DNA from: Eledone cirrhosa
Taxonomy: Eukaryota
NCBI GenBank assembly: GCA_964016885.1
Contig: OZ024741.1
Location: forward strand, 130,200,001 to 130,264,000
DNA length: 64,000 bases
Reading direction: 5' to 3'
Positions within the stretch are counted from its first letter, which is position 1. Every line of letters begins with the position of its first letter. Positions 13,773 to 26,697 of this stretch are shown here, piece by piece. Both the position numbers and the translations under genes were made by a program. The notes under the pieces were generated by a model. It searched no databases, had not been told where the DNA came from, and saw nothing but the letters and a program-made list of their open reading frames with translations.

Positions 13773-14120
13773 CTAACAAAGTCAATCTGTGAACGCAGAA
13801 GTGGATATTTCAAAAAACGTTGCAACCGGAAGAAGACAGGAAGACGATACTTTGGTTCGTGGAAACGTTCCCTGGCAAAGAACGGGAAAAAACGAATATA
13901 ATACGTCATTAATAGGAGCGGTGAAAAACAATTACACGCAAAGACAGAACCACGTTTATGGTATAAAAGATCCCGTTAAGGGTGAAAGCAGCGATTCTTT
14001 GCTTAAACTTTAATCTGTTATTTTAATAAATATTTGCTCTACAGTTCTTATATATTTGATATATATTTATCCTTATCAAGCCCTCTTTGGATTTTAGTCT
14101 TCAAATTTATTATTATTACT
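13769..14120. mobile_element. 3'-terminal (pLTR) fragment of the 38-40 kb Naiad family, with an internal inversion
   Basis: 13769-13970 is the reverse complement of 56198-56398; 13967-14120 is co-directional with 56401-56555. Confidence 0.85.
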
Positions 14121-14789
14121 ATATATATATATATATATATTATTATTATTATTATTATAGACTAGAAATATCCCTGCGAACCGTACAACCTCACAGAAGC
14201 CATAGTAAGTGATAAACAAAACTATTCTGGGCTGCTCTACACACTCTACTAACGAAGGGGTAACAACTGGCAATGTTCATCAAACCGAGTTAATCAAGCT
14301 TCTCATACTTACTGTTTCTTCGTTACTCATATATACTTAAAAACGTAGAGCATCACTCTACCCAAACTGTGCAGTTTGAGAATCCTAATGTATACGTATT
14401 TTTATTGATAACTCCCTCACCGCTATAAACTCAAAGCAAACATAACACTTATAGACACTACGCGTCAACTTTCTTTATTCCTTATTATTCATGTCACACA
14501 CTTACATATATGCATCTGCATTTTCAAGTTTAATTATATCCTTACTTATTTTCACCTTTATTTATAATTGTCCACGTTGAAATTAGTACATTTTTTTATG
14601 TCGGTACTCTAGGTTAAATAGTTATAATCAACATTAAGGAGACATAATAAACAAATACAATAACAATGACAGCTTATGTCAGTAGACTTATCAAGTAAGT
14701 GTGTGTGTTGATGTTTTCTCTCTTTCACTTACAGCCTCCGTCTCTCTCTCTCTCTCTCTCTCCATCTCTCACTTTTATGTGCAAATGGA

Positions 14790-15110
14790 AGTCGTCGCGC
14801 TGGCCGCCCCATTGTCCCCATTGACAGAATAGAGAAGGCGTTTCCCCGGATGGTGAGGGAGACGCTTTTGAAGTCATTCCAGCTCTCGAGGCTCACACTC
14901 CGTGTCGATAGTGGTGAGTAGGGAGGTTGTCCTAGGGCCAAGGACACCAGAAGTCTCCACTGCTTCGGGGTTCACTGAAAACCTGTCGGAGAGCGACCGA
15001 TATTTGAAGAGTTTACCCTCCTCGACTCGAAGTGCAGCAGAATATGGATTGTTTGCAGACTGCACCAGGTTGCCGCTGGAGAAAGTGTCGCTGCATGTGG
15101 AATCCAACTT
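14790..15110 (-). pseudogene. CRE-clade non-LTR retrotransposon 3' fragment (restriction-like endonuclease domain)
   Basis: Minus: DSTCSDTFSSGNL..AALRVEEGKLFKY..PEAVETSGVLGP..RE, then SLTIRGNAFSIL in a shifted frame. This matches the CRE RLE end 'WDxTxxDT..AA..E..K..KY..P.AVETxG..QRGNA.SIL'. Confidence 0.75.
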
Positions 15111-15205
15111 TTAATTGTTATGAGTGGATTTATATTAGAATACACGAACAACTACTGACGTAATAATTGAAATCATTAACACAACTACTACTGTGATTGC
15201 TGCTG

Positions 15206-15302
<97 letters not shown>

Positions 15303-15885
15303 GTGTGCGATTTGTATAAAATAAGAATTATAACAGAGACTAAGGAAATAAACATTTAAAAATCAAACAACAAATTCCGCAAAAGTGGGGAAACCCCGAG
15401 GGTCGTTGTCAGACCATCCTACACAAACAGCGGGAGCTCTGAAACACTGGTATTAGTACCATAGAATTAATCAAATATGAAGAAAAACAACCCACTACTG
15501 AGAAAGCAAATCCTACAACTAGAAATACTGAACGTTCCTTGGACTACCGACAACATACTCCATTACCACCACCTCTCGAAATTCAATTTTATAGGTCAAA
15601 TTAACCTTTAACCAAAAATCAACCAATAGGATTGAATGAACACTCCCCACCAAGGGATGCTAGCTAGAGTATTTTACTGAATCCATGTGTCAGCTGGGAT
15701 TTGGAGGAGTTATATCAAAACCCACCAGAACATATAACACGTTGAACAAATAATTACACAATAGCTGTCTGATGTGGTTATATCTATTACATAATAAATA
15801 CTACTGAAATATATAAATCAATAACAAAATAATCAATTAAATGACGTAATATTCAAATACACTGACTTCTTCAATATTATATAGA

Positions 15886-15915
<30 letters not shown>

Positions 15916-15918
<3 letters not shown>

Positions 15919-16227
15919 AAATAAGATTTCGCTTCAAGCATAGCTTTATACATTTTGTATAGAAATTTCGTATTTCTAAAGAAATACGGTTTTAGGAAGC
16001 CGTAGCTATAGAAACGCCGGGCGGGAGGGGGGGGGGGGCTAACGCCCTCTGGTGATGTCCCTCTATGCGCTGTCACCCTTGCTTCTGCTGGACATCACCA
16101 GAGGGCGTTAGCCGCTCCCCCTCGGTGTTTGCATAACTACGGCTTCCTAAAACCGTATTTCTTTAGAAATACGAAATTTCTATCCATATTGTATAAAGCT
16201 GTGCTTGAAGCGAAATCTTATTTCTTT
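15916..16227. repeat. Palindrome next to (TA)n (arms 15916-16060 / 16090-16227); a third partial arm lies at 16406-16505
   Basis: AGAAATACGGTTTTAGGAAGCCGTAG pairs with CTACGGCTTCCTAAAACCGTATTTCT, and the pairing extends along both arms. Confidence 0.9.
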
Positions 16228-16501
16228 TCTATTATAAGTTGAGCCAACTTATGCAGCTTCATATGCAAAAGAGATTAATCACCTCATTTACACAGACGAG
16301 AAAAGTATATATTCTCGGCTGTCTTCTAGTCCAGCAGTCGCAAGCGGTGGTAGGGATCGTCCTGACGATGGCCAGTTAAGCCTGAAATGCATAGACGGTT
16401 GTCCCCCTTGCTTCTGCTGGACATCACCAGAGAGCGTTAGCCTCCCGGTGTTTGCGTAGCTACGGCTTCCTAAAACCGTATTTCTTTCTAAATACGAAAT
16501 T

Positions 16502-16603
<102 letters not shown>

Positions 16604-16930
16604 GGCCGTCACGTATAGTCATAGCCGGCATGGACTGGAGTTGAACTCTGTCGATCGATTGGTTATTGATTAGGCGATACCCGTTGATGAATCCACATAC
16701 GCCGATTATGCATTGTTGCATAATATATGCAGACAGAGGGTGCAGTGCACCCTATTGCTGCATTAAGTGTTGCCGAAACTCGAGTCCTGGAACTAACCCG
16801 CTTACGTGTGTTGTGTTGTAGCGAATAACTATGTGTATACTCTGGAATGTATTCTACATTATCTATTGAGTACACTGAAATACAACCGGTCCTGGCATTG
16901 TTAAATACGCTGGGTCCGTCAACTTCTTAT

Positions 16931-17044
<114 letters not shown>

Positions 17045-17845
17045 CACGTCAATACTCATCGTTTTTCCATTTCTTAGAGGGTTCTAAACCCAACTATCAG
17101 GCTACAATTTCTTACGTCAACAAATGCGGCTTCTAATTTTATTTTCAAACTCGCTCGCTGTTTCAAAAACATATTTCTTAATATATATATATATTCAGTC
17201 GATCGATCAATTTTCGTCAAGTCAGACCGAGGAAACAATGTTTCCATTGGTCTTCCCAATTGCTAATACTATCTATCTGTTGCAACTCCAGGTAGAAGGA
17301 GGGATGTGAAATAAAGTGTCTTGCTCAAGGACATAACGCATCACCCAGTCCAGGAATTGAACTCATATGCTCACGATTGCGAATCCAATTCTCTAACCAT
17401 CTCCCACGTGCCTTCACACACACACAGACACACAGACACACACAACACACACACATACACACGCACGCACACACAAACACACAAACACCGCTATTTCCGA
17501 GCACTGATACTAATTCCTAATTTTTGCTTGACCGGCAACTGCTCTGCTTAATCAGCTCTTAAAGATTACTGGAATTCTTTTAGAATCCAGCTCCTATAAA
17601 TCTTGGCAGAAGCGAAGGGATAAGCACTCTTGATAACCGTTAACGAGCGAGAAACAGCTGTCGATTGCTTTGTTTTTGCTGAGACTAAGTAAGTGACATA
17701 GTCACTACTTTAAAATTCCTAGCGAATGGTCTTCAAAATGTTTTTAAATAAACGTACAGTATATTAGCAAATATGCTATATATATATATATATTTATAGT
17801 TATATATATATATATATATATAAGTATTTTAAGATTTATAATAAA

Positions 17846-18206
17846 CTAGCAGATTTACCCGGCGTTGCTCGGGGTTTGAAATTATGCTAAGAATATACAG
17901 CTAGGAAGTAAAAGAGGTCTCCATATCTCATTCTCTTTATAAGGATTGTCAATAAAGTTGGTTATCTCCTTTTTTTATAAGGATTGTCAATAAAGTTGGT
18001 TATCTCCCTTATATCAATTTTGCTACCGATAATTTTGATATCGATTTTTTATTGCTCAACGTGGGTCGATTGTGATGTGACTATCTTAGCGACGTGTGCA
18101 ACGTGCACAGAAAATTTGGTCAAATTCGGTTGGTAATTGTAAAAGCCTTAGGTATCCAAAGTTGTACACAGACACACACACATCCTCGCTTTTATATATA
18201 TAAAGA
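17846..18206 (-). mobile_element. Short non-autonomous Helitron
   Basis: The minus strand starts TCTTTATATATATAAAAG and ends with the hairpin CCCGAGCAACGCCGGG followed by CTAG, between A and T. Confidence 0.75.
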
Positions 18207-18637
18207 TATATCATTTTTAGTCACTTTTTTTTTTGTACTTGTTAGGTGGGATGCTATAATAACTAACCTTTTTAGCATGCGCCTGGTTAAAGAATAGAAA
18301 GACAAATTTAGCAACAAAGAGTATTTACAAAATGACTGCAAATGATTGTGAAGTGAAACGTATCTCCTACCTTATGTGTTTACACATGATTATGTATATA
18401 TATTGGAAGCTATGAGATGAAATATGAATAAGGGGTTGTAGAAAGAAGATAAAAAAGATGTTAATGTCTATCGTCGTCAGGCCAACAGTAGGAAAGTTGT
18501 AATGTTTGTCTTAAGATATTCAGATGTCCAACTAGTACTCGAGGACAGATAATTTTAGAAACACTTCTCGTTTGTTGGTTCAAGTTAGTGAGTTGTGTCC
18601 ATTGCTCTCAAGTGGAAAATATTTTGAAAATATCATT

Positions 18638-19250
18638 AATAATTGTTTCTACATTTGGCACAAGGCCAGCAATTATCCCAGTACATTACTGGTACTTTAT
18701 TTTATCGACCCCGTAAGGATCAAAGGCAAAGTGAACCTTGGCGGGATTTGAACTCAGACTATAAAGGGACGTAACTCTATGCTGCAAAGCATGGCGTCCG
18801 ACCTTCTACCGTTACTGCCAATCCCCCGCCCTTATAATAGTTGTTTCTACTTTTGGCACAACGCCAGCAATTACCCAGTGCATTACTGGTACTTTATTTT
18901 ATCGACCCCGTAAGGATGAAAGGCAAAGTTAAACTCGGCGGGATTTGAAATCAGACTATAAAGGGATGTAACTCTATGCTGAAAATCATGGCGTCCGACC
19001 TTCTACCGATACTACCAATCCCCCGCCCTTATAATAGTAATGGTTTCTTATATAGGCACAAGGTCAGACATTTTGGGGGAAGGGAAAGTCGATAAAATCG
19101 AACCCATTGCGGGACTGGTACTTTATTTTATCGATCCCGTAAGGAAGAAGGGCAAAGTTAACCTCGGCGGGATTTGAACTCAGATCATAAAGCGCCGTAA
19201 CTCTATGCTGCAAAGCATGGCATCCGATCCTCTACCAATACTGCCAATAA
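18638..19250 (-). mobile_element. Three tandem family-A SINEs (18638-18832, 18836-19028, 19034-19250)
   Basis: Three repeats of CTGGTACTTTATTTTATCGA..GGCAAAGT..GGCGGGATTTGAA..TGCCAAT. Confidence 0.9.
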
Positions 19251-19254
19251 TAAA

Positions 19255-19798
19255 GGCTTCTTTATTATCCACTCATGGCTGACGTTGAGCATACAAGAAA
19301 GATCACACAGTGTGGATTTTTATGTGTAAAAAGGTTTATAACAAAACTAAAAAAAAAAAAAAAATATTCAAAAAGTCAAACAAAACAAATTCTCAAATAG
19401 AGAGAGGCTCCCGAGTTTCACCTCTGGATAAAACTCACGAAAAGTGACGGTCACCCTGACCGCTAGGGCAAGTGTCTTCGCCCAGAGCCGGCCCATTCAC
19501 TCGGGATTGCCGTTCTCTCTCATTCGCCTTTCAGCAAATTGGTTGGACGTTAGCACATCTCTATCCACCCCGATTTTCTCTCCAAGTGAAACCTGAAAAA
19601 TTAATCAGGGCTACGTCGAAGAAGAAATTGCTTATTTTCAACCCTTTCAAACATGTCTACTAGAAATATATCTGCCTGTCCTTGCCGGCTAAAGGAATAC
19701 GGCGGGGGTGATCTTCATGATAAACTCAGTTGATAGACAAAATATTTATACTCAGACACCCGACAAGCGTTTCCAGGGCGGTTTCGTCAGCTTGCGTG
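19255..19798 (-). pseudogene. Old, degenerate 3' end of a Tx1-type LINE related to the adjacent element
   Basis: The minus strand aligns with 23960-24630: ..ADETAL..STEFIMKITP..FRFHLERK..DRDVL..RVNGP, then GCCTCTCTCTCTATTTGAG, a T-rich UTR and AATAAAGAA. Confidence 0.75.
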
Positions 19799-19829
19799 CA
19801 TCTATCTATCTACCTTCTACCCTACGTAC

Positions 19830-20354
19830 ATGGGTAGAAGAACACAAAAAATAAAAATCCACACCATCCTGCCGATTATGGACATATGGTGGGTTTTGAC
19901 AGGTTTTCTGGACCTGGAGGATGACATGCTGGTGTCCATGGGAAAGGCATCGGGTGACGCGTTCAGTGGAACGAGCCTCGAACTTGTAGTTCAAATGAGG
20001 CCCGAAAGGATCGCCCAGATCCCTGAACGCGTCATACTGGATGATCTAACCTTCATCAACATTACCGTAGAGGGTAGACGGCCCTCGTGTTACCTCTGCG
20101 GAACCAGAGGTCACCTGAGGGCTGTCTGTCCCCAACTTAATAAGAAAACCCCAATCCTGCCTACACCACCAACAACTGTACAACCAACACAATCACCACA
20201 ACTACCACTACAAAAACAACCACCACAGCTCAAACCAAAAACAAAACAATGTCCAACCCATCCCCTCCACTCAAAAAACAAAAACAATTTCCAAAACACC
20301 CGTACCGCAAACACAACCCGAAAATATACCCCTCCCCTCCAACGCGGAAGATGA
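19830..20354 (+). pseudogene. Tx1 ORF1 remnant with zinc knuckle, followed by a Pro/Thr/Lys low-complexity region
   Basis: VEGRRPSCYLCGTRGHLRAVCP (CX2CX4HX4C). Confidence 0.8.
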
Positions 20355-20933
20355 CCCTAGTTCGTCGTCAGACGAGGAGGAGCACTTCCACACAATCAAA
20401 AGAAAAAAAAGAAAACACACCTCAGACACACAAATGAAAAAAACCCCTCCCCAAAACATAACACTGACACCAACACAAAAGAGCTCACAACAACAGCAAA
20501 CAAAAAACACCACACAAAAACAAAAACATGCATACACATACATAAACACAAGAAACAAAAAACTGTTAAACATTGTGTACAACAACAATCTAATAAAAAC
20601 ACAAGGGCCTAACTTCACCCAGGCAGGGGATTTCCCCCACCTCAAAATGATTAAGGCCCCACAGGACACCTATAAAACTTTAAAAAACAATTTTAAAGAG
20701 GACGTGGGTCCCCCCTGGTCGGGCCCATTAACCGCGTCCTCCTAAAAAACTATCCCACCCCCTCCCCAAACACCCACACAACTCCAAGCTCCCCAACCAC
20801 ACAACACACTGATGCCCCCACACTTCCACAAACCACCACCCCACCCAACAACCCATCCCCCACCCTAATGGAAATTGTGCAGCCCGATACCCGGGACGCA
20901 GAGAGGTAAGTGCCTTTTCTCTTCACCACCAAC

Positions 20934-23900
20934 ATGGCTATGCTAAGAGTAGGCTGTTTAAATGCGCGTGGCCTGGGCTCAACTTGGAAGCAAGCAATGC
21001 TTCTAAATGACCTCAGGTCACAACGTATAGATGTGATGGTTATTTGCGAGGCCCGGATCAGCAACGTGCGACAGCTGGCCCCCACCTTTGATGACTTTGA
21101 GATGCACGCATCTCTCTGTCAGCCCGGAGGTGGGGGTGGAGTTGTCGTTCTGCTGCAAAAACATCTGGGTCTCGCAACACAGATGGTACATTTGGACCCG
21201 GAGGGTCGACTAGTGGTTCTGGACCTTGGCAGTGGTAAAGGCGGAGTGTTTAGGTTGGTAGCCACCTACGGCCCTTTCGGGTCAATGCGGCCGGACTTCT
21301 TCCATCGTCTGGAGACTTTTCTAGGGACGTCCCGCTCCTTGCTATTAGTGGGGGACTGGAATGGTATCCTAGATGCACGCTGGGACTACGTAGGGGCCTG
21401 CCCCGATAGAGAGGGGTGTAATAGCCTCAAAGGGTTAATCGGTCGATTTGACCTGGCCGATAGATATCGACTAGATTTTCCGACTGCGCCAACCTGGACT
21501 TGGGCAAATCATAGCGGATCATCTAGGTCGTACCTAGATAGGTTCTTAGTTAGAATTAAGGATAAGGACTTTTTAAGTTGTCCAAAAATGCGCATGGTTG
21601 GCTATTCAGACCACAAATTAGTGACCTGAATGGTCAACCTTGACAGAACTCATAGACAGGGCCCCGGTTACTGGAAGCTCAACTTGTCCTTGCCGGCAAG
21701 TAGAGCCTACAGGAATCGGATTAGTACGTTAGTTAAGGAACGGTTGACTGGAGCGATCGTCAACAGCAGGTGGTGGGTATCTCTAAAGAGAGAGATTAGA
21801 GTAGTCTCGATAGAATTTAGTAAGGTTCTAGCTGCGGATAGGAATAGGAAGGAAAGGGAGCTAATAGATAGAGTAGAAGAGGCAATTAGAAGCGGCGACG
21901 TGGCCAGAGTGCTAGCGTCGAGAACGGCTTTGAGCCAGTTTTTCGACGCGAAGCACGAAGGCTGCGTTGTCCGAAGTAAAATACGTGCTCTAGGGAACGA
22001 GGGGACCAAAGCTGTTAGCTGGGCCCGCGTGACAGAGGCCAACAGTGGAACTAAATCCACCATCCGGTCTTTGCGAGACCTGGATGGACGAGCGATTCTT
22101 GAGCCTAGGCAGATGTGTGAGGTCTTTCAAAGGCACTTTGCCCGACTGTTCGGGAGGGGCGGGGAGCCGGTTGGGAACGTGGACTTCGGTCCATACCTCG
22201 ACGGCCTGCCGCGCCTCTCGGACAGGGAGGCGAAGTCCTGCGAGGAGCCGATTTCGGCCGCTGAGATAGAGGACGTGCTGAGCCAATGCGGCAAACGATA
22301 ATCCCCGGGTCTCGATGGTCTTCCTTACGAATTATATCTAGCTATGCCGGACTTGTTCCCCGATCTCCTCGAGGCGGTCTACTGCAACTGGCAACAGAAC
22401 GGGAGAATTCCCTGTACTGTGACCAAGGGCGTAGTCACGCTAGTGAGGAAGGACGAGAACAAGGGGGACGAAATAAGTAACTTCAGGCCCATAACTCTGC
22501 TAAATACAGAGTTACAGATTTTGGCCAAGGTGCTAGTAAAGAGGTTGGCGCTTGTCGTGGCAACCTGGTGGGAGATGCGCAGACATGCGCTATCCCGTCC
22601 AGGTCCATCTATGACAACCTCCACCTCATGCGATACATCATAGAGAGGGTTGGGAACGAACCCGGCTTTGGTGGGGCTCTGATCAACTTGGATCAATCTA
22701 AGGCGTTCGATAGGGTCGACCATGGTTACCTGGATGCGGTGCTAGCGGCGGCAGGCTTCGGACCCGTTTTCAGGGGCTGGATCACTGCTATGCACAGCAG
22801 CCGCATCTGCTCTAGGGTCAAGGTGAACGGCTACCTCTCGGAGCCGTTCAAAATCGCGCGGTCCATCCGACAAGGGTGCCCTCTCTCCTCCCTTCTGTAT
22901 GTGTTGACTCTCGAGCCACTACTGCGGAAGTTGGAGTTGTTGCAGGGCATCCCTTTGGAACCGGGATTGCGGAAAGCGGTGTCGGCCTACGCCGATGACG
23001 TGACAGTAATGGTGTCGACGGCCTCCGAAATCGAGGCAGTCGGCACCTTACTGGAGGAGTACGAAAAGTTCACAGGGGCTAAGCTGAACCGGGACAAGTC
23101 GATCGGTCTGCAACTCGGCACGTGGAGGGGCAGACCGATGCCCTCCGATGGCGTCGTCGGACGCTGGACGGAGGGCCCGGTGAATTTGCTCGGGGTCTGG
23201 TTCGGACCGGACCTCCAGGTGGAGAAAAACTGGGCGGAGGTTACGAACAGGGTGTTTGCACTGACCCAGAAGTGGGCCAGTTGCAAACTATCCCTGAAAG
23301 GTCGGGCGGAGGTGGCGAACACCTACATAGCGTCCGTCATCTACTACCGCCTGACCGTAGTGCCCTGCCCAAGGGAAACCCTCACCAAGATGGAGCGCGC
23401 GCTCTTCCAATTCCTTTGGAAGAGGCGGGCTCCTATGGTGAGGAGATCCATCTGCTGTCAACACCCTTCGAAAGGAGGGCTGGGGATGCCGTGGCTAATG
23501 ATGCGTAAACACGCATTAAGGCTACGGCACCTCTACGTATTCCTCACCGGACAACCGGTGTGGGCCTCGTTTGTGAGACGAACCTTTCCCAGACTCGTCT
23601 CACTCACCGAGCTGCAATCCTGGGTCAAGCAAAGACCGAGAAAACAGGGCGCCTGGCACACTGAGTGTGCCCAGGCGCTCACCGCCCTCTGGCAGGCGGA
23701 TCCGGTTATCAGTGGAGACTCCACCGCAACATTCTATAGAGGGCTGGTACGCAGCAGGTGCGACGACGCCCTCGGAGAAGCCCTAGACATGGAGGAGGAC
23801 GAACTGGCCGGCCTGTTCGGTAGGACATTCAGCCCGGGACCTATGGACAACTTCCAGAAGTCCCTGGCCTGGCAGTGCTACCGAGGAGCTTTACCCGTTC

Positions 23901-24370
23901 GAGAAAGGCTCTACAGACACGGGCGCCCGGGTAGGGACCCCGCCAAAAAGACCTGTCCCAGATGCGTGTGCGACGAGGAAACCGTTGCACACGCATTGGT
24001 ACACTGCTCGGGCGTAGCCGATCTGTGGGGCTATGTCGAACAACTGCTGTCAAGGGTGGGACCGATCCGGTTGACCACCGAGTCTATTGTAATGATCAAG
24101 CCGCCTCCCCCCTTCAAAGATGAAGCAGAGGCGGTGTTTCTGTGCGTAATAGCCATGGCGAAAGAGGTTGTATGGTGGACGCGTCTGAAAGGACTGAGGT
24201 CAGGCACCTTTCTCTCTGGCCAACAACTGGTCCGTTTCTTCCGATATCATTTCGGAAGAAGGATCAGGATGGAGAGAGAGGTGCTGCACCCCAGTCGTTT
24301 TTATGAAAGGCGGGTGAAAGTGGCGAGAATGGCCCGTGTGAATGGGCCTTCTCTTTACATGAGCCTGTAG
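20934..24370 (+). pseudogene. Tx1 ORF2 (AP endonuclease, reverse transcriptase, C-terminal CCHC), disrupted
   Basis: APE motifs LNARGL, GDWN, YLDRF and SDH; GYWKLN; SPGLDG; RT motifs FRPITLLN, DQSKAFDRV, RQGCPLS and YADD; CPRC..ETVAHALVHC. TGA at 21627 and frameshifts near 22298 and 22565. Confidence 0.92.
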
Positions 24371-24634
24371 GTGGAAAAGAGGAAGGAACGAGGGAGCACC
24401 CCCTCTCTGTGCTCCTGAGGAAAAGGGTTGCACACTTTTTTCGGGGGTGTGTGCGACCCCCCAAGGCGCCTCCTCTCTATTGAGGATTTTGTTATAAATT
24501 TTATTTTTTGTTATATTTTATTTTATTTTTATATATTGTTATTGCCTCCTCCCTATTGAGGACGCCTTGTTTTGTAAACTCCCCCCATTGTACTTGTCCC
24601 ACTTTTGATGCCCTTGTGGCAAATAAAAGAAACA

Positions 24635-24665
<31 letters not shown>

Positions 24666-24748
24666 TTATCTACTTATCCCCCCCCCCCCTCTCTCTCTCT
24701 CTCTCTCTATCTATCTATTCATACGTATATATATATATATATATATAT

Positions 24749-25215
24749 ATAGTGAAAGATTGAAGAATAACATAGTCGGCTGTACAAAAAGGTTTTATTT
24801 CTAGTATTAACAATTGTTTCATTGATCAGGTGAGTCTAAAGGCCGCTAATCACTCGAAGTTGCGTCACTTGACCTTAATACAGTGTTTACCTCTGATCAG
24901 TTTCCAATGATTTGATCAGAGGTAAACACTGTATTTAAGGTCGTGTGACGCAACTTCGAGTGATTAGCGGCCTTTAGATCAATGAAACAATTGTTAATAC
25001 TAGAAATAAAACCCTTTTGTTCAGCCGACCATGTTATTCTTCAATCTTTCACTATTATTACTCCAAGAATAACCTGCATAGGAATTCTCGCGAACTCGCT
25101 ACCTAACTATGGAAACCTCTTGTTGAGTCAAACAACGCCGTACGTTAAAACTATCCACAATACGGAGTACTCACAACCTCTAACTGGATTACCTATAACG
25201 ATAACTTGTTATCCC

Positions 25216-25216
<1 letters not shown>
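24749..25216 (+). mobile_element. Fold-back module (arms 24749-24900 / 24912-25055) with a degenerate HHR and unique tail; a single-arm relative lies at 13457-13600
   Basis: ~150-bp inverted arms; an HHR 3' half GAAAC-AATT-GTT-AATAC; flanked by (TA)n. Confidence 0.75.
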
Positions 25217-25249
<33 letters not shown>

Positions 25250-25251
<2 letters not shown>

Positions 25252-25680
25252 TTAGTATATTTTGGTTGTTTACCGACACCTCAGTATGCAGATTAGAGCA
25301 TTCGACGAAGTACGCAGGTTGGTTTGTTTACTCCGGAGTAATGTAAAATAATTAAGTCAAATATGTAAAATTTGGCTTCTTTTATCATAAATTATAGATA
25401 TACTGTTATATATATATTGGTGACAGCCATCATTGGCTGTGACCTATTCAGTTAGTGCTAATTGGTGTGCGAAAGACAGGGACACATGTTGTTGAAGTGT
25501 GTTTTACTCCGTCAAAACATCGATATGTCCAGCTCCTGTTTGTGTTGCTATTTAATGAGGAACTGGAATCATATGGGTTAGAACAAATGAATTTCGGCGT
25601 CATATGACACGCTCGCATCCCATTGGTCAGTTGTGAGAACATTCCTCAGTCTATAGAAATTTTTCTGAGGCAAGACAATC
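25250..25680 (-). mobile_element. PLE-type 3' end module, a diverged relative of 58060-58600
   Basis: Shares GTGACAGCCAT..TGGCTGTGACC, TTACTCCGGAGTA and ACACCTCAGTATGCAGA with the 58 kb module. Confidence 0.75.
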
Positions 25681-26175
25681 TGTTGTAGTTGTTTTTGTTT
25701 AAGTACAGCTGACCTCCTCCATTGTGTTGGTAGTGGTGTTAAGTGGTCAGCTGGCAGGTCAGCTTTAGTGTGCTGCTGCTATGTTCAGAAGAATGTGTGT
25801 GTGTAGGTTGGCATCTACCTTACCACCATTTCACTTGGTGGGGTGCCAAACAAATAAAAGAATAAAAAATGCGCGTGTGTTACAACCAATATCAAAATTT
25901 GAAAGATTTGAAAAATATTAACTGAAGTAGAAAACCTGCGTGTCAGAATCGGGAAGTGAAAAGAATTACAATTCTTATACTATCATCGAGTTGTGCGTTT
26001 TAAGAGCAAATGAGATAAAAGTGGCGTGTAAAACACCAAAAACCTGATTGTCAAACTCCGGAAATGCAAAGGACTACAGTTCCTATTTCGACATAAAGTA
26101 CATATGCGTGTATGTCAACGTACATCGTTGCAAGCAGACACGCACAAACACAGGCTCAGGTTCATTCCATATGTG

Positions 26176-26244
<69 letters not shown>

Positions 26245-26246
<2 letters not shown>

Positions 26247-26697
26247 GGTACTCGGGGGTCTACCACCTCCTGCAACTGCAGAACCCCCACATTATGCCCC
26301 CTTAGTAATGAATGCCTAAGGAAGAACTTAATATACGGATGTAGAGTAAAAACCCCCCAACTCTGAGCACCTTTACATAGGATCCACATCAACGAGCTTC
26401 AAAAACCGATGGTATAACCATCGCCAATCCTTTAATAGGGAGGACAAAAGCAAAAGTACGGCTATTTCCGAACTGATCTGGAAGCTGAAGCTGGACAGGA
26501 CCCCGCACTCTCTGGCCTGGTCCCAAATCAGGAAAGTACCACCTGATAGAGGGGGATCTGGCATCTGAAAACTATGTCTGAGCGAGACCCTCGAGATACT
26601 CAGCGTTGGAAGCAGCCTCATAAACCTCAGGACTGACTTCTTCGGTACATGTAGACACCTCAGATCTGGGACCTTCCTCAAGCTATATGGACAATAA
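26245..26697 (+). pseudogene. Naiad-like PLE GIY-YIG endonuclease fragment
   Basis: [26 protein letters not shown] / LYIGSTSTSFKNRWYNHRQSF..IWKLK..GI*KLCLSE..LINLRTDFFGTCRH. Confidence 0.85.

Larger units (their letters stand above)
19812..24635 (+). mobile_element. Tx1/L1-clade LINE, 5'-truncated within ORF1 and bounded by (ATCT)n
   Basis: ORF1 CCHC knuckle; ORF2 APE-RT-CCHC; T-rich 3' UTR; AATAAA at 24622; ATCTATCTATCTA on both sides. Confidence 0.92.

Noticed and set aside
15763-15830. HHR after a possible GIY-YIG tail (..PIGLNE) at 15500-15640
   Set aside because: The core is mutated (CTGATGT) and stem I does not pair convincingly. It is too degenerate to call.
21627-21629. In-frame TGA in Tx1 ORF2 as programmed readthrough or Sec
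   Set aside because: The same ORF has two frameshifts, so ordinary decay is the simplest explanation.
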